NCBI GenBank assembly: GCA_907165135.1
Contig: OU015567.1
Location: 4,588,001 to 4,652,000 of the forward strand
Direction of reading: 5' to 3'
Source of the DNA: Oikopleura dioica
Lineage: Eukaryota; Animalia; Chordata
Length of the DNA stretch: 64,000 nucleotides
Both the position numbers and the translations under genes were made by a program. The notes under the pieces were generated by a model. It was not told the DNA's origin, made no database searches, and worked only from the letters and a program-made list of their open reading frames with translations. Numbering within the stretch: the first letter of the stretch is position 1; each line of letters begins with the position of its first letter. Positions 11,802 to 23,035 of this stretch are shown here, piece after piece.

Positions 11802-13347
11802 ATGAAGCGAGAAATAATTTTAAGCCTTCTTTTTATTTTCCTGGCGCTGTTTTTTTCAATTGGAAATTATGCGCTGAAAAAACCTGACTCATCAAAAATG
11901 CCGGAAATTCTAAACTCGTCTCTTTTTCGAAGCTTTCCCGAACAGAGATTTTCTGAAGACAATTTCAAGCAGATAAAAATACGAATTGAAAGAGAAGAAT
12001 ATTCGGGGATCATCTCAGTTGATGTCGTTTCATTTTCTGAAGGAATCGACTTTTGTTACTTTTATAAGTTGAAAATGCCGAAGGTTCCTTTTGACATAAT
12101 GATGATCAACGAAACTGATAACTCTCATGCGAACTGGAACCGTGAGTCATTTATTGCTATTTTGATGAGGATGATTTACTATTTATACTATCAAAAAAAT
12201 GTTAAAATAAATAATTACACGCGACACTTTAAGGACCGCCCCCGTCAACAATTTTCGAAAAATCTATTTTCGGAATTTCAAAATTTTGACCCCGGAAATG
12301 GATTCTACAGGTCAAAAAAGAATTTGAGGCTTCTTTTTTGGGGGCCTATCTCGACTCTAACACCCTTAAAATCACGTTTGAAAATCGGACGAAAACTCAC
12401 GAAAAAGTCCAAACTTTGCTAAAATCTCAGATTTTTATTGGTCAAAAAGTACTCCGAACAAGTTTTTATGATAAATTGAACTTCTAGGAACTCTAAGAAG
12501 CCAAAATATGGCTTTTTTGAAATTTTTGGGGTCCTTAATTAATTTTAAAAAAGGGGATGAACCTTGTTCATGCTCTTACTTCCTGCAAAGAGCCCTTTGT
12601 TCATCCTTAAAGCCACGTAACCATTGATTTCTAGAAGGACCGTCAGTTTGGCTCAATGCTTCAATGGACAATCAAGGAAAAATAACAGCATCAGAAGAAC
12701 TCGCACCTCTTCTGGAAAGCTCGAAAAACAAGAACATCGACAAGCCCCTGTTTTTGATGCAGCATCATGATCCGATAAATAAGAGAATACAGACTTGCTA
12801 CTACTTCTTTGACGGCAGGTTATCAGAAAGTTTTTCTTATAAGAAATATCTTTACATTTGCGATGATCATCGATTTCTTGACAACAACAGTTCAACGCCG
12901 GATATCAGAAAAAGGTGGATGAAAAAAAAAAAAATGATTTTTATTATTTTAATTTAAAGTGATTCTCCCGACGAGTTACCTTGCAAGCCATTCATTCTCA
13001 CTGAATTGTTTCTACAAAATTTTATTTACCCAAAACGACTTCGTTGGGGTTTCGATAGCGAATTCTTCAGCGGCCTCACGAGATCTCAATACGCGAAAAG
13101 AGACCATTATGACACAAATATTGAGCTTTGCAATGACGAAAGTAGGTAGAAATCACAATTTCATTACTTTATTTTGACAGCGTATGCAATATACTGGCTG
13201 AGTTGCCGAAACGGGGTGCCTTGTCAAGATGGTTTTGACAAAGAATTTGGAGGTAAACATGCTTTTTTATTTTGCAATTGATTGTCGAATTTAGGCCGAT
13301 TGAAGGTGGTGCAACAGAATGAGTACAAAAGAGTCGTGTGCGTGTGA
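11802..13347 (+). CDS. Uncharacterised protein with N-terminal signal anchor (type II membrane or secreted), multi-exon
   Basis: MKREIILSLLFIFLALFFSIGNY..., followed by exons at about 12640-12828, 12960-13138, 13183-13250 and 13293-13347 (…GRLKVVQQNEYKRVVCV*) with GT-AG boundaries. A TTAA MITE follows the first exon. No family recognised. Confidence 0.5.
12229..12538. mobile_element. MITE family A, TTAA-flanked, TIR TTAAGGACC...GGTCCTTAA
   Basis: Starts ttaaggaccgccccc and ends ggggtccttaa. A reverse-oriented relative at 45319-45658 shares the internal segment (ctcgactctaacacccttaaaatc versus gattttaagggtgttagagtcgag). Confidence 0.7.
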
Positions 13348-13375
13348 CCCTTTTCATTCCGTCGAAGAAGCATCA

Positions 13376-14330
13376 TCAATCGCCACCACTGGACCTGTTG
13401 TTGGTCTCTTCATAAATTTCGTTCACTCTTATGGCAGTTCGCATAAGCAAACCTAAATTTCAAAAGAAATTGTCTCGAGTGGTCTCCGTTTGCCCAAGTC
13501 GCCGTTTGCCCAAGTGGGCAGACAAACTGGGCAGACGGCGACTTGGGCAAACGGCGACTTGGGCAAACGAAGACCACTCAATTGTCTCATTTAAAAAGAA
13601 ACTTACAGAGTTTGATAGGAATTGAAAGATCCACGGGAAAGGTCATTGTTGCTTTGTAGTTGATGTCTTTTACAATTGATAAAAATCCACCATCAGAAAT
13701 ATATTCAATTTGGCTGTCAAGAGTCGCACCTTCCTCCCCATCAACCTTGCTTGAGAAGAGAATTTGTTGAGCATTTTTTCCAGATCGTTTTGGTCGGCTG
13801 ATATCAAAAACCACATTCGACTTGTTATCCAACAGTTGAGCATGAGGATTGCATCCAAAAACCTGCCTGTAAAATTTTTCTAACGACTCTACATTCTAGA
13901 GTCTAGAATCAATGATCTTCCTACCTGAAGCTTCCAAGATGCTCTTGTCCGGCAAAAACACCGATGCAAACTTCATTCTACAAATATTCTTAGCTTATCA
14001 TTGAATAAGAAGTAAACAAACCAAGCAAAAGCAGAAACCGCACCATTGGCCTTTCTCCAAAGTCTCAGTTTTCAAAGCATTTCCAAGAGAAGGATGAGTG
14101 GCCGAATATTGCACTTCGAAATCGCAACAGCCTTTATGATTGACCTTTCCACTGATTTGGAAAAGCTCTTCGTCCTGACTATTCAAAACAGTAACACTCA
14201 TCTGTCCATATTTTTTCCGCGGGTCTTCTTGAAAAATCGCTTTGAATTGCGTTTCTAACAAAATATTTTCAAAAAAAAAATCTTAAGAACCTAAAAAACC
14301 TGTTTTCAAAAACTCAAATTGAGAACTCAT
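13376..14330 (-). CDS. Phospholipid scramblase (PLSCR)-like protein
   Basis: MSSQFEFLKT|ETQFKAIFQEDPRKKYGQMSVTVLNSQDEELFQISG...GCCDFEVQY...WCGFCFC...QVFGCNPHAQLLDNKSNVVFDISRP...TMTFPVDLSIPIKL|CLLMRTAIRVNEIYEE...*. The C-terminal FPxDL motif and Cys-rich central segment match scramblases. Confidence 0.65.
13490..13568. repeat. Short inverted-repeat element in the last scramblase intron
   Basis: ttgcccaagtcgccgtttgcccaag...cggcgacttgggcaaacggcgacttgggcaa. Confidence 0.7.
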
Positions 14331-14547
14331 CCTTTATCTCTCTTTGAAAATCGATCAAAATCGACTTTGTTTGTTGTCAGAATTGCGTTATTTTTACGCC
14401 CGGGTGTAATTGTGGTTTACTTTTATGAGTAGGGTGGAGAGTTAAAAAATGGGCTTTTTACTCGGTTGCTAACGATTTCTACGAAGATTGCTGACAAAGC
14501 TCATTTTTGGTATGCACTGACTACTAGTCAGTGACTACGTTGCTGAA

Positions 14548-14752
14548 CGTCGCTCAATGTCGCCCAATGTCGCCAAATGTCGCTTAACGTCGCCGGATGT
14601 CGCCTAATGTCGCCAAATGTCGCTGAATGTCGTCATTTTATTTTAAAATAGCTCAAATAATATAGTTATTTCCAGCGACATAAGGAGGCATTAGGCGACA
14701 CTCAGCGACATACAGCGACATTCGGCGACATTCGGCGATATTCGGCGACATA
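14548..14752. repeat. Inverted pair of 10-bp tandem arrays (ATGTCGCCxA)n ... (TCGGCGACAT)n
   Basis: About 8 tgtcgc units, an AT-rich spacer, then about 7 gcgaca units. Confidence 0.75.
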
Positions 14753-16047
14753 TGTCAGTTCCAGCTCATTTTTTGAATCTGACCTTGCTTTCATAAATTT
14801 GTTTCTTTTTAATTTATTAATGAAACTTCTCCTTCCGGATCATGGGCAAATGGAAACACGGAGTAAATTATTCATGGTGCTGTATTGTCTCCAAAATACT
14901 GGTCCACTGCCAAATTCGCCGTCACAGTCCAAAGACGCTCCTTGAAAACGCTCGAACTCCTGGCCCGCGGCCCCGTTTCGCGACGTTTGAATTTTTAGAA
15001 TTTGAAGAGAAAAAAATCGAAAATTCAAAATTGAAAAAAGGTTAAATCCTCCTTGAGTCGTTTTTGAATCAGCTCCGCTGATTACTTGAGCCGACTTGAG
15101 CCACTTCGATTTTTTCATTCTCTGAGAAAAAAAACACCCGATATTCGATTTTGCCCCAAATTAGACACAAAGCAATTGACTTTTTTCCTCCGTCGGAGAA
15201 AGAGGATTGAGAAAAAGAGGAGAACATGCCGAAGAAAATGATTCCCGAAGTTGAGAATAAGGTGATTACTGAAATCTTGACTGGTTCTTCTCTCATCATA
15301 AATTCTAGCTTCAAGTCCAAACAATCAACGCCGTGGCGAACCTCCAAAATCTACGTCGAAACGCGAAAAAATCAAGCATCAAATTGAAGAAATTCTTCTC
15401 TTTCAACCGCCACAAAATCCTCGAAAACGAAGAATCCTTTTCCGAATTTCCCTGAACACCAAATATAAACGGTCTCTTCCTTGATTTCAAGCAATTTATT
15501 TCAAGTTATTTACAAATAGCTTCTTATCGGCAGCTGATCGTATATTTCTTCTTGCGGGATAAACGAGGGCTTTTTAATTATTTTAATGAAGTGATAAGTT
15601 CGAGGATTAAAGCCCTTTATCTTGGAGGAAACGAAGCAGAACCAGCATAACCTGGAATCGTGTGATGGCTATAATTTGAGCGTATCGAAGTATGCTCGTA
15701 ATTAACCCGCTTTGAAGAGGCTCAACCAAGTTGCTTTTTGAACAAGAAATCGACAGTCTTTGAGACCTGATCCTGAGCTCCAAGGTGGTTCATTTCCATT
15801 TGTGATAAGGGGATATTTTGAGCATCACAAAAATTTTGATTGTTTCCATACTGATTTGCTGTTGAATAAGGCTGAGTTGCGACGTAGTTCGGGTCTGGTT
15901 GCTTATGATGTTTTTCATAAGAAGAAAAGTGAATTCAAGAGGAAAAAGTATTTTCTAAAATTATTAAAAGCTTACAAAATAAATCATAAGTAAAATTCAA
16001 ATCCCTTTCAAATTCAACATGTAAGTTGATCCGAAAATTGCCCAAAA

Positions 16048-18031
16048 TTAACGATTCTTATCGAATCTTATCGTAATAAAATTCAATATAATTTTTCGAG
16101 AATGCTTTGAAAAACTATCCTTAAACTGCATGATACCAGATGTGTTCCAAATTTGTTGAAGAATATTTGATTGATTCGTATTGTTGTTGTTGCTCAAATT
16201 ATTCTGCTCGAGTGGCAGCGGCTCTCGATTTTTAGACTCGCTTCCTACTCGCATATAAATGAGCGTGCCAATTATGGCGAAGGAGAATAAAACTCCGAAA
16301 GTAATCCCAACGATCAATCCTGGACGTGACTCCTCAGGTGCCAGTTCTCCGCCACGTTCCAAGTCTGCCAGCGCAGGGGATGGAATACCAGTGATTTTGG
16401 AGATTTGCTGATTGCTGCACTTGTGCATCGGGCATTCTTTCTTCAACTGGGCAGATTGGCTTAGTTGAGAATGTGGTGGCGGGTAGAAAATTGCTTCGTG
16501 AGAGCCACAACAGTCTTTGAGTCCACACATTCTAGCGTCAACTGGACTTCCGCTTCGATCAAGACAGATGCGGATTTCTTCGAGTTTTTGAGCCTCTCGA
16601 CGGCGACTTGGCTCGCAAGTACAGTGGATTGAAAAGAACTGAAATAATCTTCCATTTTCCACTTTTCAAAAATCTGAGAAAGCATCAGATAGTGCTGAAA
16701 GCTCACCTTAATAGATCTGATCGCACCAAACGCTTGAGCCCGTTTAATTAACGCCTCATTTATCTGCCTAATTGTATAAGTGTTTCTCTTAATTCGGCTC
16801 GTTCCTATTTCTGTAATTGCTCAAAATAAATACTTTTTAACAATCAATTAGGAAAATCATTTAACATTTAAAGCGCAGCAAAGAGAGAAAAGCCTGTCCC
16901 TCGTGAGCTTTGATCTCTTCCAGCGCCAGAACATCGGCAATTTTGAATCGTTGGGCGATTCCTATTGTTGCTTCTTTAAAAATCGGATGAGATAATCAAA
17001 GAACAAAAATGATGACTCAGCAGAATCAGAAAAGATCGTCTGTCCGCCTTACCCCCGATTGTCAGCTTCAATTAATTTTCATTGAATAATTTCACCCGTT
17101 CCAAAATACTCATATGCATTTCTGAATCTTTCCGGTCTGATGGCTCCGAATTTGCACCAGCTCTGAGCCCAAAGCCATTCGGATCCATATTCCTCGCATC
17201 TTAGTCCTCTCTTCTCCCTGTTGTTCATATTTGGCCACTGCGAAAGGAGCTGATAGTCCAGGTTTCCAGTTTGATTTGAGCTCAGGCGGGTGTAGATGGA
17301 ACAGCCTGAAACTTGGCTCGGCAATCTGTATAGAAAACCTGAGTCAGGCTTTGAAGAGCTAAAATGAAGAGCCGCAAAGCAGATCTTTAACACAGGTTGC
17401 CGATCCCAGGCCTGAACCCATCGTGTCGACTGGCCAAAAGCCCTTGATTTTCCAGCTGTTGAAATCGACGGCTTCGTCCATTGAGCATTCGCAGTCATTT
17501 TCATGCGACTCGTTTATCGCCTCACAAGTTGACTTTTGGGGATTCAAAAAGGCCCTTCGAGGAATAAGTCAGCTAAGTTTGACGTCTAAAAATGGAAAGA
17601 ACGATTATCGTGGAAGAAACTTTCACGTTCTTTTTCGCTTTTAAAATCCATGACTGGGGCCATTGTAACGCGAGAACATAATAACCACGGTCTGTGTCAG
17701 CGGTGGGAAAGCTTTGAACTTTACCGTTGTGGGTTCCAGGACGGCCGATGATCTTTTCGACAGGCTGAATCATTGTCTGTTTCTTTCGAAGGTTTAATAA
17801 GAAGCATTAGTGACTCTTCCTCAAACACTCACAAGTTGTGAGTCATAACTATATTTTTGGACTTCGCGTAATACTAATTTAAAAATGTGGTTTATCCGAT
17901 TACAAAAGAAAAAAATTCCCTTCTGAAAAATTTTTTTTTGTATTTTCAGCCTTTCACGGAACGTCTGCTCGACAAAAACGTATTTTTCCAAAGAGTGTAA
18001 AAATCAATAATCTTCCAAGTTCCGGCGCCAT
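16048..18031 (-). CDS. RNase T2-family protein with degenerate active site and C-terminal transmembrane helix
   Basis: Putative leader MAPELGRLLIFTLFG; GYYVLALQWPQS; CAS-I-like WKIKGFWP; LDYQLLSQWPNM; CAS-II-like WLWAQSWCKFG; AYEYF; QKLEEIRICLD; TM GLIVGITFGVLFSFAIIGTLIYM. Several exon junctions and both ends are uncertain. Confidence 0.75.
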
Positions 18032-18535
18032 ACTCTCTACGTCAGTATCAAAATCATATCTACTTCTATGCGCATTCGCTTCGGGGCTAAAAGAAATCGC
18101 GCTTCCGCCTGCCCAGTGATCCTCGCTAATGGAAGTTGTTTATGCTTCATTTGGAAAGTGAAATAACAGTTCGAAATCGGATCACCATTTTCGTCACTTG
18201 CGAAAGAACAGATTTTTTTCAATGAAGGAATAAATATGCCTGGAGAATCCTCTCATTGTCACATATAAAGACAAATTGACATTATGGTTGTTTTTGCACC
18301 CGAATGATTTTTATTGTAAAGTGCTTTTTTTATTCGATGGCTTGATTCTCTTTCATGTTGTCAATAATAAAGGCCTTAGTGTGACAGTTTTGAAAATATA
18401 TTTTTCTCACGTGATTGTTGACAACTTGCGCTTTCATCAGTTTTCTGGTCGGTGCAATTATTTTCAGGTACCATCATTAATATTTTGAATTTATATGTTT
18501 GTCTCGTGACGCTCTTGCGCCATCCCATGTTCGCA

Positions 18536-18543
18536 TATATAAA
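18536..18543 (+). promoter_or_regulatory. Candidate TATA box upstream of the secreted-protein gene at 18759
   Basis: TATATAAA about 215 bp before the ATG, in the intergenic region between divergent genes. Confidence 0.3.
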
Positions 18544-18758
18544 GCCAGCCCGTCGAGGAAAGTCCCACGAACTTCTCTTGAGTCTAAAAGACGATTCTCG
18601 ACACGAATTATCGAAAACAACGTGAGCTCGACGTGGAACGGTCAGCTCCGCTATTCGATTTCAAGTCATCGGACGCGGGGATTAAAAGCGACTGTAACTT
18701 AAACTTTGCCGGTAGTCGAGTATTCATCTAAGTGGCGTGAAAAAAAAAATCGAAGCAA

Positions 18759-19335
18759 ATGAAGATGATTGGACTCATAATACACTCAGTAGTATTATTA
18801 CACTCAGTTACAGGCAGATTCATTACGGCCCAGAGAAGGATGTTTAATGATCATCACAAGGTAAGATCGACAATAATTTCTTGCAACGATTTCATCATTT
18901 GTCCTTTCATAACTCAATAAAACCTTATTCTAGAGAGGAAATGTCAGACAAGCAATCTACACAAATTTCCATACAAACAACCTTCGCTCTCCCCAAACCA
19001 CGCCCCAATTTGTCCATTCAAAATGCCCAGAAATCATCCTTCACTCTTATCAACAGTACCTGCCGCTTTTTCCCGAATGTTCTGAAGAAGCACTTCAAAT
19101 CGAAAAAGCGAGAAATGCCGTTTCTCATCTTCGATCAAGCTCGAAAAGCCAGACTCGGAAGAAACTTGTGAACGGCTGCTTGGATCTTTCAAAAAGCCGT
19201 TTTGTCAAAAATGAGGACAAGAGAAGCTGGAAGAACTACTGTTTGAGCTTTGTGGAAAATATTCAAAAAGAGCGAGATCCTTATAGGAAAACAAATGATG
19301 TTTCAAATGTTTATCGCCGCTATATTACTAATTAA
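18759..19335 (+). CDS. Small secreted orphan protein (about 170 aa, 2 exons, 4 Cys)
   Basis: MKMIGLIIHSVVLLHSVTGRFITAQRRMFNDHHK, GT-AG intron 18861-18933, then RGNVRQAIYTNFH...CPEII...FPECSEE...NGCLDLS...KNYCLSF...YRRYITN*. The spliced frame is open. Confidence 0.6.
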
Positions 19336-19452
19336 TCTTTTTCGATATTTCTGCTTATTTCTGTATTCTAGTAAATAAACCATTTTTCAGTAAGCTTCTG
19401 AGTAAATCCCCTCTGGTGTTTCGATGTTTATTTTTCGCAGAACGATGTAATT

Positions 19453-22400
19453 ATGAGAGTTGTAGCGATTTTTTCGGTCAATATCAGTAATATGCAGCCA
19501 AGAGAATTGAGTAGAGAAAAAAATAGAGGAATGGCTTCTCAAATTTTTGCCAAAACTCAAACGAACCACCACTAGAACAGCAAAATGTCAATTGATTGCT
19601 TCTGTTGAAAGAACCGAATTTGCTGAAGATGGACACTCATATAAATGGGATACTTTGGCTTTCAACGGAGATTACGTTTGTGTTGGGGAAAAGGGTCTCA
19701 AAACTCTTCATTATGCGCATCCATCTCCCTTACAGAAAGAAATAAGAAAAAACAATCCGAATTTTTACAGAAAAAATATCAGTCGCTGGGATATTCTCGA
19801 AGAAAATGGTTGTTGGGTGGTCGACCGCTCGATGAAAAATGATTTTTTATCAGAAGGTGGCGAGGCATTGGTAATTACAGCAAAATTTGGAGACCTCGAG
19901 ACGGCAGTTAGAGTTCAAGCATTTGATCCTTTCGTTTTCACTGATAAATTTCCTTACACGGAAATCGAGTTTGAAATTCATCTTGCCTCTGGTAAATTGG
20001 GATGAAAAAATTACAAAGACAATTATGAATTTAAGATTTCAGAAACAACCAAGAAGATGTTCGATTACATGAATTTCCTTCACATACCAATATTATTAAA
20101 AATTATGTGAACATTGAACTGTTTCATCCATTGGACGTCGAGCGCTTGGATTGTCTTGGATGGATTACAATTATGGAAAAAGGAGAGACTAATTTACGGA
20201 AACTTCTGAAGGACGGTAATTTATCGATTGAAAAGAGACGCGAAATTGCACAAGGAGTAAGATCAGCGATGGACTATTTGTACGTCAATGGCACCGATCA
20301 CCTCGACCTTAAAATGCAAAATGTTGTTATGGTTAATGGGATACCCAAACTTGTTGATTTCGGGCTGGTGGAAAGTCGCCACAAAAAAATTGGTTATCGC
20401 AAGATGGGCTGCACTCGGCGTAGATCAAAATACAGATTTTCCCCCTCTATTTGTAATCATTTGCAATTTTGACAAATATGATCGTTTTTTAGTCGCTGGG
20501 ACTCCCGGATTTTCATCTCAATGTCAGCTTACGAGTGGAAAAGGTTTCAATTTGGGAACAAATATATTTAGGGTTTTTCACGGAACGGCGCGGCCCGCTC
20601 TGAGGTCCATCCACGAATATTAAAAGTCTTCTATTGAAGCGAAATTTATAATTCAAAAAATGAAACCGACTAATTCAAGGGAATAGATTCATAATATCGC
20701 ATTAGTTTTCCATTCGAATGCCAGAATTCGCTGTGAGACGGTTTTTCTTACTAAATTTCGATTTTTCAATCTGAGTACATCAAAATACACTCTCTATTTT
20801 CAAATATGTAAGATATAAGATGTTTAATTTTTAGCTCACAAAATTTGGGATTTCGGAAACATTCGGAAGGTGTTCAAATCGTCAGATAAGTGAGTGAAAG
20901 TGACTGCGCGCTAGTGCTTTACGCCGCTGCGCGGGACGCCCAAAAAACATTAGCGCGCGCCATAATCCCAGCGGGTGGTTTCTCTGACCTAATATCCGAA
21001 ATCTGATGCGAATTACACCGGGTGATTTGCATAAACAATTTCCCGGAAGTGTCAAGCTTAGTATTTGAGATGAATTAGACGGCTTTATATCACTCGGGAC
21101 AACAAAACTGATGAGATCCTTTTTTATCTTCCTTATCATTATTGCACCACCACCAGGTCAGAATTTGATAATTATTTTCACATATTTGAAATCAGCGGCT
21201 CAAGTAACACTTATTTAGAAATTTTAAGGCCCATTGAATGATATACCACTTTCCGTGAAAAACCCTAAATATATTTATTCATATTTTTTGCGAGTGGAAT
21301 ACTGGGTGGACGCTTCTTTATAAACCTCTTGACAAGGAAGAAAAAAAGAGAAATAAATAAACTCATCTCGGTAATATCCAGTATGCAACCTATAATTATG
21401 ATTATTAAAAGGAATGCAAGGGAACTCCTATCAGAGTTTTTGAGTACAATCGGGACAGCTTCTTCGAAGACACTCCGCTTTTATCTTTGGAAAACTCGAG
21501 CGATCAATTCGCCCTCAATGACGAAGTAATGACCCAGTCTTATCAAATATCTACTTTGAAGCAGAATTTAACCAAATTCGTCAAACAGAATGTCCAAAAT
21601 TTGAGCAAAAATGTTCGGGACCAAAAGCTAAGCAATCTCTGCGTTTCGTTCTCTGTCACCAATCTTATTCGATATGCGATGAAAAATGATCTAGGCTTCT
21701 TCGATCTCAATCAATCGCACAAATTTGAAAATATCATGTCTTCTCTTAACTTGGTTATCTATCCAAGAAGTATGGCTGGATTGAATTTGAATCCGAGTCA
21801 ACGGGAGCTAGGAGACCAACTGTCAGATATTGAAGTTATTCTTAAACGTGTCTGCATGGGAACTTATCTGATGCCGAGCGGTTGGCATATTATCAGGATG
21901 CTTGGTCATTTTACCGATCCCCGCCCAGTTGAATCAGACTGTATTTGCAAAACAGGTTTCTTTATTAACCCTGTCCGCATATCGACCTAGGTGTAGGTTA
22001 ATTTACTTTTAAACGAAATTATACTTTTGGAAAAACGACATTTCTTCACAGTTGACATTTGAAATTTGATCGTGTCCAGGAGATAGCTCAGCCTTTAATC
22101 TTTCCATTCATGTCCTTTCGAAATTTTTATCACGACTGAAAGACCCTCAAAAGCCCGACCTACGCGTAGGTCGATATGCGGGCAGGGGTGACAAATTTTT
22201 CATGCGGGCAGGGATTAAAAGATAAAATTATTCTACGGTTTTAGTTTATCTTCATCATGATTATCAATTTCACAGACCTTTGACTGTAACTGGAGTTATC
22301 TTGAGAAAAAATGAGACTTATCCGATATTCCACCAGATGACGCTCGATTCTATTCAAAACGGATGTTTTATCCTTAAGAACAGTCAATCGAGTGACTCGA

Positions 22401-23035
22401 TGATAAGAATAAGAAGGACAGATCCATTTTACGTTCATGAAGAAGAGTACTTTCGACTTTGTCACCAGAACGAAGGAGCCTTTTATTGGCAAGACAATTC
22501 CATGGTTGAAGTCATAAGTTTTAATCAAATGGACACTGATAAATGGTATCTTCTTCCTCAAGCCTTCTCCCTAGAACTCAGACCAAGACGAATTTCCTCG
22601 TTGTTTTGGATAGCAGCGGTACCATCGGCAAAATTATCCCGTACATTAACCTGGTGGAAATACTTCAAATTTGTTCTCTTCAATGATGTTCCCGATTTTA
22701 TGTTGGGAGTCTTAGAATCATGGAAACTTATAAAAGAAGACCCTCTTGCTCGCAAAAGCAATAATTTCTTTGAAATCGTTAGAAACTTCGATAATTTCAA
22801 AAATAGGGTGACAAAAGAGACACAGATGGGACTGTCAGATGCAGAGACATTCCTTGCCTTTAACGAAAAAATAAACGCTCGTTATGGATATATGGGACCG
22901 CCTTATCGAAAATTTTACAAAAAACCAAGAGTTGACTGTCGAGTACGAAATGGTGTTCTGACCATAGGACATTATCCGCTTCAAAAAGAACAAGAAGTAG
23001 TGAGACCCATTTTTCGACTCGTCTTGAATAACTGA
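19453..23035 (+). pseudogene. Protein-kinase-like domain fused to papain-like (C1-type) cysteine protease domain; interrupted by a hAT-type MITE in this assembly
   Basis: Kinase motifs FLSEGGEALV, TAVRVQ, HTNII, HLDLKMQN, LVDFGL, AGTPGF. Protease motifs VRDQKLSNLCVSFS, FHQMTL, FILKNS. Introns 19992-20035, 20435-20492 (GA-AG), 21371-21411 and 21897-22275 (GA-AG). TE 20569-21267 lies in an exon. Two +1 A homopolymer shifts in this copy (about 19520 and 21345) are absent from the second copy. Confidence 0.7.
20569..21267. mobile_element. Non-autonomous hAT-type DNA transposon (699 bp)
   Basis: 17-bp TIRs TAGGGTTTTTCACGGAA (20569-20585) and TTCCGTGAAAAACCCTA (21251-21267). 8-bp TSD AATATATT at 20561-20568 and 21268-21275. 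No transposase ORF. Confidence 0.85.

Noticed and set aside
14548-14752. Possible CRISPR-like array
   Set aside because: No unique spacers, 10-bp units, no cas genes, and a eukaryotic intron-rich context.
14817-15470. Overlapping short minus-strand ORFs upstream of the scramblase
   Set aside because: Probably exons of a small gene, but I could not build a consistent spliced frame or recognise a domain.
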